Shown here piece by piece: positions 53,745-64,000 of a stretch of 64,000 nucleotides of DNA; positions within the stretch are counted from its first letter, which is position 1, and each line of letters starts with the position of its first letter. The notes beneath the pieces were generated by a model. It ran no database searches. It saw only the letters and a list, made by a program, of their open reading frames with translations, and had not been told where the DNA came from. The position numbers and the translations under genes were made by a program. Location: assembly GCF_006345805.1 (NCBI RefSeq), contig NC_043009.1, forward strand, positions 46,934,001-46,998,000. The letters run 5' to 3'. Source of the DNA: Octopus sinensis (taxonomy: Eukaryota).

Positions 53745-53950
53745 CTTTGCTATATACACGCCGTGCGAAATATTTGGTATTTCGTTTGTCTTTATGTTCT
53801 GAGTTCAAATTCTGCCGAGGTCGACTTTGCCTTTCATCCTTTCGTGGCCAATAAATTAAGTACCAGTTGCGTACAGGTGGTCGATCTATTCGACTGCACC
53901 CACTCAAAAAAAAAAAAAATTTCGGGCCTTGTACCTAGAGTAGAAAAGTA
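53745..53950 (+). mobile_element. SINE family A (5' diverged)
   Basis: B-box and family core. Confidence 0.8.
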
Positions 53951-54203
53951 TATTTGCATTCGATATATGGACACATCAAACTTAGGAAATGTACGAATGG
54001 TATTGAGTGTATTTTTGTATCACACTTCATTAAACACAAAGCTTCCTTAACCATATTGGATGAAAATTTCATTCTTTACAACAAAGATACTGTTTCAAAA
54101 GAAATCTATTTGTGCTCCGCTAAGCCGAGTATGCTTTCATTAAGAACAATTTTGAGCTATTTATAACTACTCTTCAGTCTGGACAGCGCAAAACAATTTG
54201 GTA

Positions 54204-54236
<33 letters not shown>

Positions 54237-54278
54237 TGTGTGTGTGTGAGAGAGAGAGTGTGTGTGTGTGTGAGAGAG

Positions 54279-54325
<47 letters not shown>

Positions 54326-54364
54326 GTATATACATGTGTGTACGTGCGCGCGCATGTGTGTATT

Positions 54365-54784
54365 GGCGCAGGCTGTGTTGTAAGAAGTTTGCTTCCCAAC
54401 CATATGGTTCCGGGTTCAATCCCACTGCGTGAGAAATAGGGTGTCCTTCTATTGTGGCCTTGGCTGACCAAGGCCTTGTGAGTGGATTTGGTAGACACAA
54501 ACTATAAGAAGTCCGTTATGTGTGCGTGTGTGTGTTTGTGTGTGTGTGTCCCCGTTTGTCTGTCTGTCTTTGTGTCTGTGTTTGTCCCCTCCCAAACTGT
54601 TTGACAACCGATGCTGGTGCGTTTAAGTTCCCGTAACTTAGCGGTTCGTCAAAAGTGACCGATAGAATTAGTACCAGTACCTAAAGAGAGATGAGTACTG
54701 GGGTCGATTCATTGGACTAGAATTCTTCAAGGCAGTGCTCCAGCATGGCCGCCGTCTAATGATTGAAGCAAGTAAAAGATAAAA
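54365..54784 (+). mobile_element. SINE family C, full length
   Basis: tRNA-like head with GGTTCAATCCC B-box, internal (TG)n, and 3' half ending AAGTAAAAGA. Confidence 0.85.
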
Positions 54785-55273
54785 ATGTGCACGTGTGTAT
54801 GTGTGTCTGTGTTCGCGCGTGTGTAGATGTGTGAGTGTGTGTTTGTGTGTGTATAAGTGGGAAAGAATTTTAACGCAAATTACACATGAAACAGGATCTT
54901 TCAACTTACCATAAACTCGTAATTGTTCGTAAAATATTACTTTAAATTGTAATTTCTATATAAGAATAGCTGTTATAAATACAAATATGAAATTGCTCAA
55001 ATTTAATTTTCATCTTAAGATAACAAATATTTTTCTTTTGAAAATTTGCGTTCATTTCCTCAGTTTGTAAAAACATCAAGATATTTGATAAAAGTCACAT
55101 TATAACACAAATCTACGACCAAAACTTTGTTTCACATTTATTGGCTGAAATTGATTAATTTTTACCGGCTTATTTCAAAATTTACAAAAAAGTTATCTTA
55201 TCGCGTACATTTTCTTCACAAAATCGATCGATGCAGTTTACCATCATGTCTGAATCTGAATATTGTTCTATTA

Positions 55274-55315
<42 letters not shown>

Positions 55316-55349
55316 GAACTACTACTACTACTACTACTACTAATTTACT

Positions 55350-55564
55350 CTCTCTTTTACTTGTTTCAGTCATTTGACTGCGACCATGCTGGAGCACTGC
55401 CTTTAATCGAGCAACTCGACCCCGGGACTTATTCTTTTGTAAGCCCAGTACTTATTCTATCGGTCTCTTTTGCCGAACCGCTAAGTAACGGGGACATAAT
55501 CACACCAGCATCGGTTGTCAAGCAATGCTAGGGGGACAAACACAGACACACAAACACACACACG

Positions 55565-55606
<42 letters not shown>

Positions 55607-55768
55607 TACGACAGGCTTCTTTCAGTTTCCGTCTACCAAATCCACTCACAAGGCTTTGGTCGGCCCGAGGCTACAGTAGAAGACACTTGCCCAAGGTGCC
55701 ACGCAGTGGGACCGAACCCGGAACCATGTGGTTGGTAAACAAGCTACTTACCACACAGCCACTCCTGC
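55350..55768 (-). mobile_element. SINE family C, full length
   Basis: Inverted relative to 54365-54784; internal (CA)n(TA)n. Confidence 0.9.
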
Positions 55769-55825
55769 CGTGTTTTAAATACGCTGCAATACTAAAACTA
55801 ATAGGGGAATTTTGAAAAGTAAGCA

Positions 55826-56650
55826 CACCTGGCAAAGTTTAGGTTCGTTTCAGCTACTCGGAGAAGCGCCTGCTTCACTTCAGTCATCCGCAAGTAGTGA
55901 GGAAAGACGCACTTTACGAGATCACGTTCCTTCGGTTTAAACATATATATTTTTTTTAATTCAATGCCTTTTGTAAATTAATATATGCTACATACATTGT
56001 TTAAATGTATCATATGTTACATTTCAATGCTTCTTTAATGACGTTTTATATACATTTAGATGGTAAATCAAATATATATTGTTAAAAATGTCCATTTCCT
56101 CTTTTTTTTACCGACCGCCACACCATTTAAAGCAAAGATGTGTAGCAATCTTTTGCTACATTTGTAGCGGGTTTATGACCAAGAAACGCCAGAAAAAACA
56201 TCACTGGATTTATCAAAAATCGCACTGTGCCTGCTTTGGTGTGAAATTAGGAAACTAAGATAAGAAGCGAGCTCCTCATAAGGTTTGTTCAATTTGTGTT
56301 GAAGAACTAAAATAATGGGCAAAATATACAAGGAATTCTTTTCGTTTTGGGGTTACAATGACATGAAGGGAGCCTAAAAATCACTGTGATAACAAAAATC
56401 GTACTGTGAGAACTACTTTGCTTATGTAAGAAGTGTTGGAAACACATTGTTTATCACAATTACCCATCTACATTACAACCTGTTCCCCGTGGACCAGTCG
56501 TCACAGACTCATCACCTGCAGGAAACCATGAAGATATACACTTGAGTTCTGAGTCAGAAGGTAGAAATATTGATAACGACGAAGACATCAACAGCAGTGA
56601 GGGTAAAAATACTCAACTATTCAACCAGTGTGAATTAAATCGAATATCTC
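55826..56650 (+). mobile_element. Decayed DNA transposon 5' part, probably Chapaev3 (CMC superfamily)
   Basis: FCYICSGF..FGVKLGN*DK..APHKVCSICVEEL..W and *REPKNH, matching the recalled Chapa zinc-finger pattern. The start is CAC. Confidence 0.55.
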
Positions 56651-56712
56651 CTTTCTTGTAAACTAGGCAGTGCCACTTGGGAGATTGATGTGATATCAAC
56701 TTTAATATCTGC

Positions 56713-56781
<69 letters not shown>

Positions 56782-56846
56782 ACGCGGTTGCTGGTGAACT
56801 GGCTACCTCATGTTTCTGCTTTACCTGTGAGTGTGTGTGCATGTAC

Positions 56847-56900
<54 letters not shown>

Positions 56901-56949
56901 CGGATGTTCAGGCTAAAGCTGACGTTATTTTATCTTCGTTGTTTTTTCA

Positions 56950-57670
56950 GGAACAGCCTGATGCATTGGTGAACAGTCAACACTGTTGGAGAGCATAAAC
57001 GTTTAAGTTACAGCTGAGAAAAACTGTTAGTTGATATGGAGGACTGGACACCATCTGAATACTAGAGAAAGTTACCGGCATCATAATGATTTGCAGCGAA
57101 TATCAAAATGCCGACATTATGACTGTCCCTCAGTATTCTGAGGACACTGTAAAGAGTATAAGACATGACATGGACAGCTAAAACTGAGACAACGAAGCTA
57201 AATCCAGCAAGATGGAACACAGCTCGTCTCCACGTTATTGAACAGGGCTTTTGGCTCAGTTCAGTCGAAGCTGCTGCAGGCTATCACTAAATGCTGACTG
57301 GAATGGGTTGCTGTTACTGGAATGCCATATGGGTGGCAGTAGAATTCGGCTCTTTCCCCTGCAAAGAGTCAGAAGTGGTTGTCAGAGAATTTTTACGACT
57401 TCGCCAGCCCCAGTTTCTGGTCTCTTAATTTCCCCAATTTTACTCCCACAGATTACTGTGTGTTGGGCACGGTTGAGAAAGATACTAATCACTCTGCCTG
57501 CTGGTCCCCAAAATCAAGGTGTTCGAAGATCTTCCCAAGAACAAAGTGAGGAAAGTATGCACCAGGTTCCGGAGCCATATTCGGGCCTGTGGTGGAAGCT
57601 GAGAGTGACTACTTTGAGCAATCTCCCATCCATAATCTAGTTGATACTTTCTGATTTTTTAAAAATGGTT
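56950..57670 (+). mobile_element. Decayed Tc1/mariner-superfamily remnant
   Basis: Q..A.S.AKSQKWLSENFYDF..PSFWS.N.P..TP.DYCVLG.VEKDTN, a decayed WPPNSPDLNPLDY motif region. Confidence 0.65.
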
Positions 57671-57760
57671 ATAAGTTTTCGATGGGATATTGTTTTCTTT
57701 TCCTTTTATGCAAACTGTCAATTGTCGCTCGAACACTCCATATCCATGTGTGTGTGTATT

Positions 57761-57796
<36 letters not shown>

Positions 57797-57917
57797 ATTG
57801 TATGTGTGTGTATGTATTATATGTATATGCATATGTATGTAATGTGTGTGTGTGTGTGTAATTGTATGTGTGTGTGTGTATGCACGCATGTATTATATGT
57901 ATATGCATATGTATGTA

Positions 57918-57958
<41 letters not shown>

Positions 57959-58269
57959 TCAATGACTTCAGAATGTAAATTTTTGTGTTTTGAATATTAG
58001 TTCTATTATTCATGCTATGCGCTGGTGATGAAGAGTAGGATATCTATAGACTGGAATAGAATTTGTAAGCATATACAGTTAATTTTACAATTATATATTA
58101 ATAATTCTTAATTGAAGCTGAATAATTTGTGAGAGAAAAAACAAAGAACTTGGAAATGAAGTACATCTGTAGGAGAGCACCTCATCGTTATAACATAGAA
58201 GTATTGTATTTCGACATTTGGAATAGTTTAACGGTGCCATCATCACCATTTGCAAACACAAGAAAATCT

Positions 58270-58530
58270 ATTAGCTCTATCATCATCATCACCTTCATTA
58301 TCATCACCACTTTCATCATCATCCTCATCATCATCAACACTACCATCATCATTGTCGTCATTATCATTATGATTATCATCATCCTCATCACCACCACCAC
58401 CACTAGCATCACCATCATCATCATCATCATCATCATCATCACCAACATCATCATCAACATTACCATTACTATCATCTTCATTATAATCACCATCATCATC
58501 ACCACCGTCGTTGTCACCAGCGTTATCTTT
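58270..58530. repeat. Degenerate (CAT/CAC)n trinucleotide tract
   Basis: Direct reading. Confidence 0.9.
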
Positions 58531-58910
58531 ATCATCTTCCACATCTCTTGTTAAACTTGCACAAAATTGAAACATGTACCAAATTCTAAACAATAATTTC
58601 ACTAAATAGATTAGATATCATAATATTAAATCAACTTTATTTTCAAAATCCGAGAACATTACCAGAGGTATCAACAGACTCCAGCAAATAAAGACAGTTT
58701 ATATGCAAGTTAATATGCTATATTGTTTTCTTACAAGTGATAAATAATGTTCTGTGCCGGAAGAGTTAATATTTTTGTTGGAGGCATTTAATTTACATAT
58801 TTCGGATGAAATAATAAAAGAACAAAATTTTGCGAGGTTTTATAAAAGTAATTATCTCTGGAAGAGATGATTTTCAAAAACATTGGCCACTACTGTACCT
58901 TTAAGTTATG

Positions 58911-58970
<60 letters not shown>

Positions 58971-59054
58971 TGTGTGTGTGTGTGTGTATGTTTGTTTGTA
59001 TGTATGTATGTATGTATGTATGTATGTATTATATACAAATTCATACCTTCGTGC

Positions 59055-59119
<65 letters not shown>

Positions 59120-59611
59120 TATACATATTCATCTGTGTGCGTGTAATATAGTTGCTCGCCACAAACAAGCCCATAGGAGTATGTTATGCATAAGTTTCTA
59201 ATCTTCTTCAATTCTATTGCTAACAACAGTAAATTAAATAAGATAATAACATTTCCAGAATCTACTTTGTTGGAAGAATTTAACGATCATATATTCAACG
59301 AAGTGCTAAAGACCATTTCACTACATAGAGCATACGATAATCTAATCATCCCCAAATACTATTGGATTAAGGTCATCTAAAAGCAGTATTTGTTCACGTT
59401 TGTCTTACTTTCTAAGTATTTGCTATTTCCACTTTCGTCTCCCCAATTCTAAACAGCAGTCTCAGTCAAGGGGAACGAGTTTCGAGTCCAGGAAACACTC
59501 ATGTTTTAATAAATTTCCTATCTTCAATGCATTTTTTATTATTTATTTATCGGAGACCAATGCTTTTTGACATTTTTTATGTGTATATTAATGTTTGTCA
59601 TTATAATTGTT

Positions 59612-60028
59612 GGATCTTTTCGCTTTGAACCGCAGTTTTTTTTAATAATTTTCACGTAACTAAACACTTTTAAACTTCGTATACTGGTAGAATGTGTTTA
59701 TAAAACATCTTTTTCTCTTGGCTTTATTGAGAAAATTCTATAGTTTGTAAGATATTTGTTGTTTTCTTTCTTCAATTTCTGCAATTTCAACCAATCAGTG
59801 ACATCTATTGAGGTGAAAACATTCTGTGCCGTATGAATATGTCCCTCGTTTAAGAAACAGATTGGGTTTATTTACATTTCTGAAGGAAAAAAGATACCCT
59901 TCCCCCCACCCCTAACACTAACCCTAAAACAGATTGAAATGCAATAGATCGATACTAGGGTCATAATTATGGGTGACAATTTCATATGACACCGCTAGAA
60001 AAAACTGCCGTTCAAACCGAAAAGATCC
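59612..60028. mobile_element. 417-bp MITE with ~29-bp TIRs and 8-bp TSD
   Basis: TIR GGATCTTTTCG(C/G)TTTGAAC(C/G)GCAGTTTTT. TAATTGTT is duplicated at 59604-59611 and 60029-60036. Confidence 0.85.
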
Positions 60029-61341
60029 TAATTGTTATTGTACAGTATATTGATATAATCTGGTACCAATATGTTTAGAAATAACTTTACAAATAAATAA
60101 TCTACACTCAGAAATCACGTTTAAGTCATACTGATGCAAAATCAGTATGTTAAAAATATTTATTTATTTTTTTTTTTTTAGTGATATCTAAATAATACGT
60201 TCAGCATACTTTGTAGAAACAACCACAATAAGACACTGATTCATGCACACACATGAAAGAAAGAAAGAATCAAACAAACAAACAACAAACAAATGAGGAA
60301 GATTATGCGAGATGAAACAATGAATTTCATGTAGGAACTGGGTTTGCCATTCGGATTAAGGAACGGTGTTTAATTTCGGTTTCTTAGCATGAAGTAAAAA
60401 ATAAATTGTTCGAATTGAATGCATTAGATTTGAACTCACGATCTACAAAAGGTTAAGTAAATACTTTATACTCCCGTCCATCTACTCTTCTTTGCTTACC
60501 TGTTTTCAGATTCAGTTATTTGTTTTGCTATGATAAAGGTTTTTTGATATTATAAGATGTACTGCTTATTCATTAAGAAAATTTGTGACACCGCTAAAAT
60601 TCTGATATAAATCTTTCCCAGTTATCAAGATTTTGGATTTTCTTTTTCTCAGAACGAAAGCTGTATTATTTCGGATGAGCCAATAAGGAAGCCTTTACGT
60701 TGTCACCCTACCGGCTAAAAAATCGCGGTCGAATCTCTATCAGATCGCAATCTACCCTATTTGAAATAAAAAGAAAAAAGAAATTCAAGGCTTTGGATAA
60801 TGAATTCTTAGGTATAGTCTTTTAATAAAGTGGTAATGTCTTAACTTGAACGTCTTTGATTATCGATCAGTCCGACTAAACAACATCATGATCGACAAAA
60901 ATGTCTGTAAATTGGATTTGAAACCGAATCATAGACGCAGGTCACCAACAGTGTTTCTTCCTAAAATTATTCAGTGTCATAGGTAAATTGAATTGGTTCT
61001 AACATGGAATCGAAACCGATTCGTAAATTCGTTTCACATTGTCATTTATTTAACGACATTTTTTTAAATGTTCCATGCTTCTTTTTTTTTTTTTGGTATT
61101 AATTTAGCATTTTCTCTTTAAATCAGCATTATAATGTTTGTTTCATTTAAATTATCCCTATAATGTAATACATTGGTTTGTTATATTTAAATGAGCCCTG
61201 TACACACACACATTATGTTCTATTTAAATAAGTCATCTATATAATATGAACTCTTGCGTGCTAAACAGTTACTAGTTTTATAAGGTGGAAGGCGGTTAGC
61301 ATAACTAAGTTTATGAGTTCTCCCACTAATTTCCGAACAAA

Positions 61342-61695
61342 ATGGAAAACGAAATTATTATTGGTGATTCTTTTGAGTCTACTTCACTAATGCTCTCCAA
61401 TGAGAATGCTATAAATCTGAAAATGTTAATACCAAGCTGTGCTGCCGGGGCTATCATTGGAAAAGGAGGTGAATCCATTGGGCATATACAGAAAGATACT
61501 GGCTCGAGAATCCGAATGACTAAATTGAACGACTTCTATCCAGGTACTTCTGAGCGAGTATGTCTTATCACTGGTAGTCTGGAAGCTGTACGCAAAGTTA
61601 TTTATTTTATAATGGACAAAATTAAGGAAAAACCAGCTGAGTGTTCTTATCCGAGAACAGAAGAGAAACTTCCCCTTTTTGAGCTTTCACGACAG
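61342..61695 (+). CDS. Nova: Nova/pasilla-like KH-domain RNA-binding protein, coding exon 1 (KH1)
   Basis: LKMLIPSCAAGAIIGKGGESI...DFYPGTSERVCLITGS. Phase-0 donor CAG|GTAAAT at 61696. An upstream coding exon cannot be excluded. Confidence 0.9.
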
Positions 61696-62297
61696 GTAAA
61701 TGACGACTTAGTGGGCTTAACCATTAAAATTTGGCTGGATTTGTTGCTTGCAGCATTTAATGAGTGTTTATTTAGTGAGTTTCAAAATTTGTAATGTGAA
61801 CGTATCTTGCAAATGTTATCAGTGAAAGAATAGAATTCATTTAAATTAGTAAATAGCTAAGGTAGACTCTTTCAGCACATTTTCTGATTTTTTTTCATTT
61901 TTTTTTTTTTTTTCTCAAATTCACGTTACTTTTTTAATCTATACAATAAATTCAACCGAAGTTTTAAATAAGTCTTCATCTTATATTATATCCTTTCGGG
62001 CGGATTTAGTTTACTTCTGAACAAGTTCAAGTGGCAAATACATAATGTGAAAGTGTATCGTGGAAAAATATTTCAGTTTCGTGTTTTACACAAATTAACT
62101 CGTTTTGGTCATAAAACTTTCGTGTTTTTTTTGTTTTTTTTTTTTGTTTTTTAATAGACTTAAGAGGGCTGCTTCAAATCTGAATCCAGCGAGGTGTTCT
62201 CCATTCTTTTTTATAGAATCTAATCCTATATTTCTGAGAGTTTTATTTTCCTCTTCAAAAACTTTACAGTGAGCTTTTTTTCCTTTCATATCCTCAG

Positions 62298-62692
62298 ATT
62301 ATAAGGCGCTCTTCAACAATTTCCAATAGTAGTACCACGACAAGTGGCAGTTTGGATGGTACCTTCATGCACGTGAAAATTCTTGTGCCTAACAGCACAG
62401 CCGGGCGTATTATCGGTAAAGGAGGGCAATATGTTGAACAGATTAAAGAAGAAACTGGTGCTTATGTCCAGATATCACAAAAGTCTCGTGAAACCAAACT
62501 GCCAGAACGTTGTGTGACCATTGCGGGGGATTTGGTATCGAGTAAAAAGGCCATCGACTTGATCCTTCATAAGATAGTCGAGGATCCATATAGCAGAAAC
62601 TTCACAACACTTAGTTATGCTGGTTATCCTGGACCCATTGCCAATGCTAGCCCTACTGGATCGCCTTTTGCCAATTCTTATACAGCTGAGAG
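62298..62692 (+). CDS. Nova: Nova-like protein, coding exon 2 (KH2)
   Basis: Polypyrimidine acceptor TCCTCAG|ATT at 62297 is in phase 0. It reads VKILVPNSTAGRIIGKGGQYVEQIKEETGAYVQISQK...ERCVTIAG and the spacer motif YAGYPGPIANASPTGSPFA. Phase-2 donor AG|GTGAGT at 62693. The exact acceptor is less certain than the exon itself. Confidence 0.87.
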
Positions 62693-63154
62693 GTGAGTAG
62701 TTTTTTTAATCTCTCCTATATTCATTTAATTCACATAATAGAACTTAATATTTAGTCTTTTGCTAATTCGATAGTTTTGATAACGACTATTTATAATATT
62801 AATGCATTAGCCCGGAGCTTAAAGTTACATATAAGGTCTAACACTCCTGTTGTAATCCTTTTACTCTTTCTAATCATTGTCTCTTCAGAGAGAAAATGAA
62901 TTACAATACGTTGTCTGGCTTAGTTTTTTTTTTTTTAATGTTGCTGTTTGTCATTCCTTGTCTTTGACGTAAACTAAAGCTCTTGATTATTTTCTCGTAG
63001 CATTAGTAAAATCTTTTAAATGTTATCCATTACAAGTACCGAACAAAATCTGCTCTGGATTAGACTCGAATTTTATTTAGTTTCACAATTTTGCTTTAAT
63101 CTTTCTCACTTCTAATGTGTTCCGCACAACTGGTTAATTTTCATTATTTTACAG

Positions 63155-64000
63155 GAATGACTCGAGAGATTTATCTAACAATCTGCGCAGTGAATTCGGA
63201 GATAAAAACTCACTTGAATTTTCGAGCATGGGTAATCTGAATATTAACAGCATTCTAAATAGTAACCTCTTGACTCCGTCATCGTTATTAGACAACTTGA
63301 AGATGACATTAAGGAATCTGGGCTACTCTGAACTTGCGATAGATGAAATTACTTCAGCTTACAATACTCTCTCGAATTATGGCTGCCTTCCTCATGTTAA
63401 TTCCGTTGGAATATTACCAAATATGTTGAACACTGGATCACTTACAAGTTATTGTTCGAATACCATATCTAATCTTGGAAAAAATCGCACACAGTCCTCA
63501 ATTTCTCAAAACAGCCCCTTTATCAGTAATTCTACGTGTCGCGACAATCTTGGAAGCCAATATGGTCCTATCGGTAGCAACAGTGAGACGTTCTCCTCGA
63601 CACATACAACCGGAAGCAACGATGTTTATTCCATAAGAGAAAAAGTTGGATTAGGTTCAATCATAAACAACGCCAACTACCATAGTGTTGGTTTTCCTTG
63701 CAATTCTTCGAAAAATATAGATGATATATGCTTTTCTGGGATGAATAACAATTCTTTCGGTCTCGGCCTTGGCTTATGTGGGCCAACTGATAAACCGAAC
63801 ATAACCTCAAAACAAGAAATAGAAGTCCCTGAAACAATTGTTGGAGCCATTCTTGGTCCTAAAGGCAAAGGAATTGTGGAAATTCAACAACTTACAAATG
63901 CGGTCGTACAGATATCTAAAAGAGGAGTTTATGCACCAGGAACCCGAAACCGCCTCGTTGATATAAGTGGTACCCCTTTAAATGTTGCTAAAGCTCAGTT
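63155..64000 (+). CDS. Nova: Nova-like protein, coding exon 3 (spacer and KH3), running off the window end
   Basis: Acceptor TTTTACAG|G at 63154 is phase-compatible, and the frame is open to the window end by manual translation. It contains LKMTLRNLGYSELAIDEITSAYNTLSNYG and KH3 EIEVPETIVGAILGPKGKGIVEIQQLTNAVVQISKRGVYAPGTRNRLVDISG. It is absent from the ORF track, presumably because there is no stop in the window. Confidence 0.9.

Noticed and set aside
61696-61794. C-terminal part of ORF 61342..61794, and treating 62352..62696 as a separate gene
   Set aside because: Intron read-through. The three segments splice in compatible phases into one Nova-like CDS.

Overview
AT-rich, microsatellite-saturated animal genomic DNA. 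The SINE and repeat content looks like an octopod cephalopod (probably Octopus; this is inference from recognising repeat families). Two spliced protein-coding genes lie on the + strand. (1) A two-exon rhodopsin-family neuropeptide GPCR of the PRXamide/pyrokinin/capa/neuromedin-U receptor type: 9162-10026 and 27939-28389, with a 17.9 kb intron. As sequenced it carries a 1-nt frameshift at the start of TM7. (2) A three-KH-domain Nova/pasilla-type RNA-binding protein: 61342-61695, 62298-62692 and 63155 to beyond the window end. The rest is tRNA-derived SINEs, decayed RTE and R4/Dong-type LINEs, Tc1/mariner remnants, MITEs with clear target-site duplications (TSDs), a foldback palindrome and simple repeats. 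The most unusual signal is a set of small type-I hammerhead-ribozyme-like motifs in Penelope-like-element (PLE) derived repeats. These include a near-identical 557-bp unit in tandem plus inverted arrangement (43326-44792) beside a decayed GIY-YIG endonuclease, two ~200-bp families with family-fixed core variants, and a tRNA-headed element with a hammerhead-like tail. Most short ORFs in the supplied track are microsatellite or TE artefacts.
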